Shown here one piece after another: positions 53,201 to 64,000 of a stretch of 64,000 nt of DNA; position 1 is the first letter of the stretch; each line of letters opens with the position of its first letter. This DNA is from Eledone cirrhosa (lineage: Eukaryota). Under the pieces are notes generated by a model that ran no database searches, was not told the DNA's origin, and worked only from the letters and a program-made list of their open reading frames with translations. A program made the translations under genes and the position numbers. The stretch covers positions 64,046,001-64,110,000 of the forward strand of contig OZ024742.1 in the NCBI GenBank assembly GCA_964016885.1. The letters run 5' to 3'.

Positions 53201-55600
53201 ACCACAGTCTGACCTCAACACCTTACAATAAACACACCACGTCTGACCTCAACACCTTATAATATACACACCACAGTCTGACCTCAACACTTTACAATAT
53301 ACACACCACAGTCTGACCTCAACACCTTACAATATACACACCACAGTCTGACCTCAACACCTTACAATATACACACCACAGTCTGACCTCAACACCTTAC
53401 AATATACACACCACTGTCTGACCTCAACACCTTATAATATACACACCAGTCTGACCTCAACACCTTACAATAAACACACCACAGTCTGACCTCAACACCT
53501 TACAATAAACACACCACAGTCTGACCTCAACACCTTACAATAAACACACCACGTCTGACCTCAACACCTTACAATATACACACCACAGTCTGACCTCAAC
53601 ACTTTACAATATACACACCACAGTCTGACCTCAACACCTTACAATAAACACACCACGTCTGACCTCAACACCTTATAATATACACACCACAGTCTGACCT
53701 CAACACCTTACAATATACACACCACAGTCTGACCTCAACACCTTACAATATACACACCACAGTCTGACCTCAACACCTTACAATATACACACCAGTCTGG
53801 CCTCAACACCTTACAATATACACACCACAGTCTGACCTCAACACCTTACAATATACACACCAGTCTGACCTCAACACCTTACAATATACACACCACAGTC
53901 TGACCTCAACACCTTACAATAAACACACCAGTCTGGCCTCAACACCTTACAATATACACACCACAGTCTGACCTCAACACCTTATAATATACACACCAGT
54001 CTGACCTCAACACCTTACAATAAACACACCACAGTCTGACCTCAACACCTTACAATATACACACCACAGTCTGACCTCAACACCTTACAATATACACACT
54101 ACAGTCTGACCTCAACACTTTACAATAAACACACCAGTCTGGCCTCAACACCTTACAATATACACACTACAGTCTGACCTCAACACCTTACAATATACAC
54201 ACCAGTCTGACCTCAACACCTTACAATATACACACCACAGTCTGACCTCAACACCTTATAATATACACACCACAGTCTGACCTCAACACCTTACAATATA
54301 CACACCACAGTCTGACCTCAACACCTTACAATATACACACCACAGTCTGACCTCAACACCTTACAATATACACACTACAGTCTGACCTCAACACTTTACA
54401 ATAAACACACCAGTCTGGCCTCAACACCTTACAATATACACACTACAGTCTGACCTCAACACCTTACAATATACACACCAGTCTGACCTCAACACCTTAC
54501 AATATACACACCACAGTCTGGCCTCAACACCTTATAATATACACACCACAGTCTGACCTCAACACCTTACAATATACACACCAGTCTCGCCTCAACACCT
54601 TACAATATACACACTACAGTCTGACCTCAACACCTTACAATATACACACCACAGTCTGACCTCAACACCTTACAATATACACACCAGTCTGGCCTCAACA
54701 CCTTACAATATACACACCACAGTCTGACCTCAACACCTTATAATATACACACCAGTCTGGCCTCAACACCTTACAATATACACACCACAGTCTGACCTCA
54801 ACACCTTACAATATACACACCACAGTCTGACCTCAACACCTTACAATATACACACCACAGTCTGACCTCAACACTTTACAATATACACACCACAGTCTGA
54901 CCTCAACACCTTATAATATACACACCACAGTCTGACCTCAACACCTTACAATAAACACACCACTGTCTGGTCTCAACACCTTACAATATACACACCACAG
55001 TCTGACCTCAACACCTTATAATATACACACCAGTCTGGCCTCAACACTTTACAATATACACACCACAGTCTGACCTCAACACCTTACAATATACACACCA
55101 CAGTCTGACCTCAACACCTTACAATATACACACCACAGTCTGACCTCAACACCTTACAATATACACACCACAGTCTGACCTCAACACCTTACAATATACA
55201 CACCAGTCTCGCCTCAACACCTTACAATATACACACTACAGTCTGACCTCAACACCTTATAATATACACACCAGTCTGGCCTCAACACCTTACAATAAAC
55301 ACACCACAGTCTGACCTCAACACCTTACAATATACACACCAGTCTCGCCTCAACACCTTACAATATACACACTACAGTCTGACCTCAACACCTTATAATA
55401 TACACACCAGTCTGGCCTCAACACCTTACAATATACACACCACAGTCTGACCTCAACACCTTACAATATACACACCACAGTCTGACCTCAACACCTTACA
55501 ATATACACACCAGTCTCGCCTCAACACCTTACAATATACACACTACAGTCTGACCTCAACACCTTATAATATACACACCAGTCTGGCCTCAACACCTTAC
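50286..55600. repeat. 35-bp minisatellite/satellite array, about 150 copies
   Basis: Unit GTCTGACCTCAACACCTTACAATATACACACCACA, with 33-34-bp deletion variants. No spacers. Confidence 0.97.
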
Positions 55601-58600
55601 TTCCTTGAAAAGGAGCAAGGAAGTAGCTGACTGTGGTGTCCCACATCTACCTCTAGCCCATGGGCAAAAAATAAAACCATGGGACCTTTCTTATTGACCC
55701 TGAAAAATCCGACTGGTTCCAGTTTTATTATTAGGTGTGGCAAGCGAAGCTAAATTCGATACTGAATTGATTTCCAACTTTGCATTTTCCCTGTGATTAA
55801 GTTCTATTTTTAAATTTTCTTGTTACTTTACAAGGCTAGTAATCATATCACCTCAACATTGTCAAATATTAGAATATCTGAGTGTTAAACACAATTCTAA
55901 ACATTTAAAACCAGTTGAAGTATTAACAATACTTACTAATCGATTTCGTTCCATATGAAGTTAATAAAATATGAAATAGGGGCAACATAGTAGGTTAGGA
56001 TTTTCTTAAACAAATATAAATATGTATTATTTCGGCTGTATCGGTCAAACGGGAAAAATACTCCTCAACACCGAAATGTTGATCATACGGAGAACGAAGT
56101 AAATCATTCAACAATTCAGTATTGTTCGATTAAGGTTTATTAATAGCCACACTTTCGTACATGTTCATTTATGAATTTCAAATTAGTTTTATTATATCCT
56201 GTGGAAATATATTGATTTTAGAATAGCTTAGATATCAGCAGACATAAATTTTATATTTCTGGATTTATTAGACTAAAATTACAGGTATTAAAGGATGATG
56301 ATGATAATGTGCATATAGTGTTTTCTTATATAAGCACAAGGCCAGTAATTTTGTGGGAGGGGGAAAGTCGATTAAATCGACCCCAGTGCGTGACTGGTAC
56401 TTTATTTTATCGACTCCGTAAGGATGAAAGGCAAAGTTAACCTCGGCGGGATTTGAACTCAGATCATAAAGGGCCGTAACTTTATGCTGCAAAGCATGGC
56501 GTCCGACCCTCTACCGATACTGCCAATCCACTACCCTCATTGATGTGCATATAGTATTAGATGACAATACTATAATTTTAATCATCATCATCATCATCGT
56601 TAAACCCCCGTTTTCCCTGCTAGCAAGGGTTGGACGAGTCGTGACTGATTAAGTCAGTACTTCATCGGAGCCACTGGCCTTATAGATTGGATGGGGCCTG
56701 CATCTTGCTTACATACGATCCTGCAGTCTACAGAGTGCATCGTGCATTTTATCGTGGCTCCAGCACTAGTGAGGTCGTCATGTCTTTGGTACAACTGATA
56801 AGTCCTCTCGACCATTTGTTTAACAAATTTTCTACAGCTGGATGCCCTTCCTATCACCATCTATTTTACACTGAACTGGGTACGTTTTACCGTGTCCCCT
56901 AAATTCTTATCCACATCCCTGAATATCGTAAAGTGTTGATACTATGTAAGGTACGAAAGATATTTTCACCACATATTTGATAAATACTTTTGTCTCATTT
57001 TAATATCAAAATAGGTGTTCGTTAAATGTGATGAGCTATTGCCATCAATGATAGCATCATTACTCAAAATGTTACGATTTTCACAGACTTCCAGTTATAT
57101 ACTCCAAATTTGATCTAGACGAACCAATGTTCACATTCCATTGCATGTAAAGAACAATGTTGTTCCAAGCTTGGTGTAGAACGAAGACTGTCGGACAAGC
57201 TTCACGGCATTGAGTTACGCCCCTTTACGTTCTGAGTTCAAATCCCGCCGAGGTTAACTTTGCCTTTCATCCTTACGGAGTCAATAAAATAAAGCACCAG
57301 TAATGCACTGGAGTTGATTTAATCGACTTTCCGCCTCCCCCAAAAAATTGTTGGCCTTGTGCCTAAATCAGAAACCATTATTAAACCACACAGATCCCGC
57401 CAAGGTTAACTTTGCCTTTCATCCTTACGGGGTCGATAAAATAAAATAAAGTACCAGTAATGTACTGGGTATTTGCTGGCCTTGTGCCAAAAGTAGAAAC
57501 AATTATTAAACCACACAGAGGATGGTGGGTTAGCAGTATCAGTTGGGCCTCAGACATGCTTTGCGGCGTAGAGTTACGGCCCTTTACGCGATGAGTTCAA
57601 ATCCGGGGTTAACTTTGCCTTTCATCTTTACGGAGTCGATGAATAAAGCACCAGTAATGCACTAGAATAATTGCTGGCTTTGTGCCAAAATGTGGGGTTG
57701 ATTTAATCGACTTTTCTCTACCCAAACAATTGTTGGCCTTGTGCCTACATCAGAAAACCACACAACTGAAGAGTACTTTTTTTTTTTTTTTTTTTTTTTC
57801 ACATGGTTCCCAGTTGGACAGTTCTCTCATCACCAACTACACACAGAGTGTAATGAGTGCATTTAATTGTGGCATCAACAATAGGGAGACTGTCGTGTCA
57901 TGACAAGAGTCCTCACAACCCTATTTGGCATGGTTTATATGGCTGGACAGAAAAGAGACACTCTGAAACTAAGACAGAGGGGGTTCTTGTGTTTCTTCAT
58001 TGAACTCAAATTGCTGAGTCACATGACTCAACTCAAGCTTAGACCCAACAAATCCTCAGTTTGTGGTATTCAATATTCATTACATGGTGTGGACATATTT
58101 ATGGTTTGTTTATAGTGACTACATAATCAAATAGGTGCTGGTGTAATGATGATATTCAACTAATGATATCTCGTCGCTCTAGTTGAAGTTCCTTCTTAAT
58201 TGAATTCTTTAGTGAACAAGGTACTTGTCTGCAGATGACATGATAAAATGCATAGCACACACTGTAATATGTAATTAAGATGGAGTCTCAGCCCACCTGA
58301 AAGATCTCTGGCTCTGCAACAAGTCACCTTATTCTTAATAGAATCCTACGATATTGTTCCCTTCTCCACTTCCAGTTAACTCTTATCATTACTCATCTTG
58401 AAAGATAGCCATCCAGTTCTTTTATTCTTCACTCTCAGAATGTCTGCCTCGCCATTAATTTCAGTCTTACAAGTGAGCTACCTCAGAGATTTATATAGGT
58501 TTTAGTGTTGAAGGCAACAGTTACATCCAAACACAGTTGAACTATCCTAGAGATTTATGTGATTTCTATAGGTATATTGAAGGCAACACAACTAAACATG

Positions 58601-59817
58601 GGTGAACTACCTCAGAGATTTATCTGGTTTCTACAGCCATGAGGGCAAGTTTTAGAGGACCTGATCTCTCCAGATTAGGTCTTGTGTTTCAGTTCCAAAC
58701 CTTGTGGTGAACATAAACATAGGATTTTTGTTTTTGTTTCAGGAGCTTGTATATGTCTTGACACCATGAATCTGCATATGGAAAGTTCCTCTCCAAGGCA
58801 CAGGCTTGAGCAAGGTTTTTATTTTTTTTTCATGGAAGATCAGCATTAACACAAGCATGCATATCTCAACCAATGTTATCCAAGGGAAAGGTAAGGGCCA
58901 GAAGAGATACCACAAGGCACCACATCTAATGTTGACAATTCCACCAATCCAACACGCTGAACTGGCACTTTATTTATTGACCCTGAAAGGATGAAAGGCA
59001 AAGTTGACTTTGGCAGGATTTGAAATCAAGAGTGCAGAAAAGCGGCCCCTGGCTCACCTGAGAGGTCAGTAACTCCAATTAAATACTAACTGGGTTTATG
59101 ACGACCCATCCAATCTTTATTAGAAGGGAAAACAAATGAAAAATGATGATGATGAAATACAGCAAAGCATCCAAACTGGCATTGTAATAACTGCCAATTT
59201 ACTGCCATTGGCAGGTCGGTAGAGGGTCGGACGCCATGCTTTGTAGCACAGTTACGTCCCTTTACGGACTGAGTTCAAATCCCGCCGAGGTTAAATTTGC
59301 CTTTCATCCTTACGGGGTCGATAAAATGAAGTACCAGTAATACACTGGGATAATTGCTGGCCTTGTGCCAAAAAGTAGAAACAATTATCAAGATAACTTA
59401 AATACCCTAGCTGCATCCTTGACGTCTTAGGGGCGCCATCGTGACTTACAGTGTTGACTTTTCCAGATAGAAAGAAATGGAAAGGGAAAAGACTCAATCC
59501 TCAGTACTGGAAGGAAAAGAAAGTAAAAGGTCCATAACAACTGATGGAGTTGTAGAGGGTGCTGTCTTGATGTCTTGGGTATTTTAACCCTTTTAGTACC
59601 AACCTGTCTGAAATTATCCCAGCGTTTATGATAAAAAGTAATTTGTTTTAAAAAGTTCATGTTTAAATTTAAACAATCAATTATATTTTTTTATGAGAAC
59701 CTTTTCTTAAGTTCTAAACACCAACTTAATGAGAAAGTTAGTTATTTATATTATCAAATCCCTCCAAATTTTTATTTTAAAAGTTAATTGAAAATCAGTG
59801 TCTTTTATTAGAAATCG

Positions 59818-60135
59818 TCTTGCCTAAGTACAAAGCGAAACCTAGTCAGTAGGCACCTCCTAATCAAAATACACCTCCATCCCTTTCTCTGTAAAGTTAT
59901 GTTGGTGCCACAACATCCAGTCCTAAACAAATGAGGTCGTGTAGGTGTCACGACAAAAAAAACACACAGTCCACGCTGTAATGTGGCCGTATAGGTAACA
60001 TGGTAAAAACCTCCCAGTCCACACTGTAAACGTGGTTGGTGTTAGGAAGGGCATCCAGCCGTAGAAAACCCACCAGACAACCAATCTTGCCTCACGTGGA
60101 GGATAGACGTTAAACGATGATGGTGATGATGACAA
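59818..60135 (+). mobile_element. RTE LINE 3' UTR fragment
   Basis: Matches 13790-14210 and ends in a (GAT)n-like tail. Confidence 0.75.
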
Positions 60136-61322
60136 TGATGATGGTAACAATATGGTTAAACCAGGCAGAGCCCATCCCTCTCCAAGTAGGAACAAAGCCA
60201 ATTTCTTTTTAGGGAGCGAAAGGAAGAAATGATCCTAGTATTGGACTGGTACTTTATTTATCCATCTTAAAACGATAAAAGACAAAGCTGATGCCAGCAG
60301 GATTTGAACTCAGAGCACAAAAGCAGAAAGACTAATATATAGCATTCTATTTGATGCAGTAATGACTTTGCTTATTTGCTGCAATTAACAAGGTAACTTA
60401 AATATAAATACTGGATAACTTGAATGAAAGTAAATAGAATGTTGAATTGAACTCTTGACACAAGTTTCATACGTTAAAAAGAAAATATTAAGTACAATGA
60501 AAAATATTTCATTCGTTTTATTTCATATTTCAAATATTCATTTAAAAATAAAAACTTTTCATAGCATTGGAAAATAAAGACAGCATAATGACGTGGTAAA
60601 AAAAGAAATGCTCAACTTTAATTTCAGATTTGATGGCAAACGGAAAAATTCTGTCAAAGAAAGTTTTTGAGTATGAAAATATAATTTTCTCATTGAAAAA
60701 CATATCTTCCTCAACACTGAATTTTCTTTTTAAATTTCATTTTATACTTTTTCAATTTATTTCTTAATATGGGGAGATTTATCAATAAAATTGTTATCCA
60801 CTTAAAATAAATCTAAAGCCAACAAGCAGAGTTTACAGCTTATGGTTGAAGTGGTAAACATTGAAATGCAAGTTCATGAGAACTGTATATGATATCACAC
60901 CAGCAGTTTTTAAATAACATTTTCAGAAAAGAAAAAAACAGAAAAAAGCATTTCGATTTTATTCAGGAGTATTTAAAATACTTTCTATAATATGACCACA
61001 TAGAAAGGCAAAAATAGTTCTTTCTTACATTGGCACAAGGCCACTAATTTGGAGGAAGAAGTAAGTCGATTAAATCAACCCCTGATACTTTATTTTATTG
61101 ACCCTGGACAGATGAAAGGCAAAGTTAACTATGTCAAGGTTAGCTGTACCTTTCTTCCTGAAGTATTGGAGTTGGTTTAATCGACTTCTCCGTCCCTTCA
61201 AATTGCTGGCCTTGTGCAACAATTAGAAATCAATAAAAATGAAAATAAAAAGCCAACGGAAGGTTTTTTACAAAGATTTTAGCAGAATTCTTCAGTTTAG
61301 TAGATTAATGTCATCATTATCA

Positions 61323-61832
61323 TCACTGCATAGCAAACAGATAAACAGCAAATAGCTCAGCAGGCAAGCCTTCTTGTTTTTCTACCTTGATAACTTTCAT
61401 TCCAGATTTTTTAATAATGCTAATGAACTCCGATTTTGGCCGAGTAAAACTGCTATCAGTTTCATCAAACACTCTGTCTTCTGTGGTTACATTTTCTTTG
61501 AAAGCGATCAAACCTCCGCTCACTAGGGCAGCTTTGCAGCGTTTCAGGAATGATATAAAATCAGAATTACTAAGATAACTAAGAACCCACTGGCACCAGA
61601 TTACATTGTACCTGCCAGCTTCAGGGTTGAAATCTTGCAGTGAACTGCAAATGTAACGGTCTACTTTTGCCTTTTTATCATCCAGGTAGGTTTTTGCTCT
61701 GTTTAAAAATTTCTGGTTCAATTCTAACATGTCAACTTGATTGAAGAGTGGTGCGAGAAGATGCTTTGTCACCCTTCCAATACCAGAACCACAATCTAGA
61801 GCTCTATTATTTTCTATGTTACCACCATGTGT
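61323..61832 (-). CDS. NTMT1: N-terminal Xaa-Pro-Lys N-methyltransferase 1, last coding exon
   Basis: Acceptor TTTCAG with AG at 61834-61833; 510 bp in frame: THGGNIENNRALDCGSGIGRVTKHLL..LF..VDM...SLQDF.P...YNVIWCQWV...KENV...FDETDSS..R...Q.GLP.ELF.VYLFAMQ-stop. The upstream exon was not found in the window. Confidence 0.92.
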   Translation of the reverse strand, partial: THGGNIENNRALDCGSGIGRVTKHLLAPLFNQVDMLELNQKFLNRAKTYLDDKKAKVDRYICSSLQDFNPEAGRYNVIWCQWVLSYLSNSDFISFLKRCKAALVSGGLIAFKENVTTEDRVFDETDSSFTRPKSEFISIIKKSGMKVIKVEKQEGLPAELFAVYLFAMQ

Positions 61833-61899
61833 CTGAAATTACAAAGAAAAGAAACAGTAAGAATAACATTTGTGAAACATGAGCTGTGACTGCATGTAT

Positions 61900-62292
61900 A
61901 GACTGGAGAGAAATAAAGCAGCCATGCTCTGTTGGATGTGCAATGAGTGTGAGAGAAAGGCAGAGCTTGGTCGAGTTGAAGGAGAAGCTGGGTTTAAGAG
62001 AAATTTGAGGTGGTATGCAGGAGAGAAGACTGCATTGGTTTGAACATGTGATACACATGGACAATGATCATTGGGTGAAGTTGTATCAGGATTTGTCCAG
62101 TGGAAGGAAGTCATGGTAGAGGTAGACCAAGAAAGACCTGGGCAAAGGTTGTGAGAGCTGACCTCAAATCACTGAGACTCGGAGGCGATGACAAAGGATC
62201 GCGATGAGTGGAGAGATGCCATGCTGAGAAGGGCTCATCCAACCCATGCAAGCGAGAAAAAGCAGACATAAAAACAATGATGATGATGATGA
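61900..62292 (+). mobile_element. Degenerate RTE LINE 3' fragment in the NTMT1 intron
   Basis: MLCWMC, ERRLHW and RGRPRKTW remnants with a (GAT)n tail. Confidence 0.7.
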
Positions 62293-62579
62293 TAAATATA
62301 GAGTTTATTGGTGTGTAACGTTTAGTTTCTATTGGTGCGCCAGTTTTAGCACTCAATGCAATACGGGTCTGGTTGCCAATGTGGTATTCCACATTTGGTA
62401 TTACACCGTAGTTGGTATGCATAAGAAGCAGTGTTAATAATAATAATAATTGTTTCTACTATTGGCACATGGCCAGCAATTATCCCAGTGCATTACTGGT
62501 GCTTTATTTTATTGACCCCGTAAGGATGTAAGGCAAAGTTAAATAATAATAAGGAGAAGCAGGAATATAGTATCCCCCG

Positions 62580-64000
62580 TTACTTTTCAACAACAACCGA
62601 TGACTGTGTCTTCCCCTACCATGGCTGTTGAAGAAGAACAACAACAAAAATCGACCGTCAATATGGAGTTTGCAGAAATACGGCAGATGATTTCCACTTT
62701 AAGCCGAGAAATAGCAGGAATCAAATCAAGCGTTCGTGTAGAACCTCACAATGAGGGATCTTACCGGCGTGCCTTGTTAAAAAATCTCCACATACCTCTT
62801 GCAGAATCTAGACACATTGAGAATGCCACTGAATCTGTAAACCACAAAGTGATTGCCATTGGTGTACCAGAAGACATAGTTGATCTTCAGATATTTGCTG
62901 CCAGTTCATCCAAAGACTTGGGCCTTGCTCCCCTGAAGGCTGCTCTACGCCTTGGCTGACCAGGTCCGAAACCAAGGCTAATTAGACTGTCTTTTTCGAA
63001 GTGAACTGAGGCACGTTCATATCTTTTGGCCTCTGATAAAGCTGGATTGCCTTCCGAACACGCCCTGGTCTTCCACCTGATGTCTGCCCAAAGCTGCGTG
63101 TTGCAGCTTCCTTAAACTGCAACTCAGCAGAACATGAAAGCTTCAGCCTACGTGATGATGGGCAGATATGGAAGTTTATTAAGGCTGGTGAAACATGGAA
63201 AAGAGATACCAGCTGGTCTGAAAACACTGTACCCATAACTGACAAAAAGAAAAACTGAAAAAACTCGGAAACTAAATCAGAACCTGCCACCCCCTGTACA
63301 TAATCATAGACTGAAATCAAGGTACAAATTGTTGTCCTTAAATGCATGTAGTCTATGCAATAAGATACATCTTTTTGACTCTACGTCAAAAGTATCAGCC
63401 CTGACTTCATTACAGTCATGGAAACATGGGCACATTCCTTACTCTGTGATGGGGTTTTCAGCATAACTGGTTACAACTTGTTTCATAAAGACCGCATTAA
63501 TTGTTGTTGTGGTGGTGGTGTAATGGTCTACGTTCGGTCAACTTTTTCAGCAATTCCTTGTGTTGATTTGAACCAATCACAGCAAGAAGTATTTTTCTGC
63601 GATATGTCAACACTGCTACTTGGAGTTGTTTGCCCTCCCCCAAATTACCATCAGGACACTCAACTTATCCTCAGAGCTGCTGCCAGGAAAACAGCCACTT
63701 GTTTTTATTGCAGGGGACTTCAATCACCCTGAGATTGACAGGGAAACTTTCCGTTGGCCGCAAAGTACAAATGATTTCTTTGAGCTAGTGCTGGACTCGA
63801 ACTGGTCCCAAGTAGTCACTTCCCCAACAAGAGGTGACAACACTTTGGATCTACTCTTCACTACTACTCCTGAAACTGTTATTAGTGTTACTACTGAGGA
63901 ACCTTTAGGTGACTCTGATCATGCTATGATCATTGCCAATCTGTCCCTCATGGGCAGTAACAAAAACCACAACCATCTCCAAACTGCTCACTTTGACTGG
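62580..64000 (+). mobile_element. CR1-like LINE 5' portion (ORF1 remnant plus APE endonuclease), running off the window
   Basis: ORF1-like 62600-62959, then ETW, GGGV, GDFNHPEID, PTRGDNTLDLLFT and SDH endonuclease motifs with frameshifts. Confidence 0.82.

Overview
This is AT-rich, intron- and repeat-dense eukaryotic DNA. The C2H2 zinc-finger array, RTE/SINE content and microsatellite load suggest a cephalopod such as octopus (inference only). Host genes: (1) seven 3' exons of a pancreatic-lipase-family gene on + (1552..34652) with an intact Ser-Asp-His triad and a PLAT-like tail; (2) a tandem C2H2 zinc-finger gene on - (42012..43734) broken by a 35-bp deletion; (3) a tRNA-Thr(TGT) gene; (4) the last coding exon of NTMT1 on - (61323..61832). 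The rest is transposon debris (a Penelope-like element, RTE and CR1-like LINEs, an internally deleted Ty3/Gypsy element, tRNA-derived SINEs), long 34-bp and 35-bp satellites, and many microsatellites. The most interesting unannotated signal is a set of minimal type I hammerhead-ribozyme motifs. They occur in the Penelope terminal repeats and in small non-coding elements sitting in (TA)n tracts, and two unrelated ones carry the same compensatory U3-A8 core change. Also notable are a twin-primed (5'-inverted) RTE-type insertion with a 13-bp target-site duplication, an apparent local SINE 3' transduction, and a 3061-bp higher-order duplication inside the 34-bp satellite. All structures were read by eye; no searches or folding were run.
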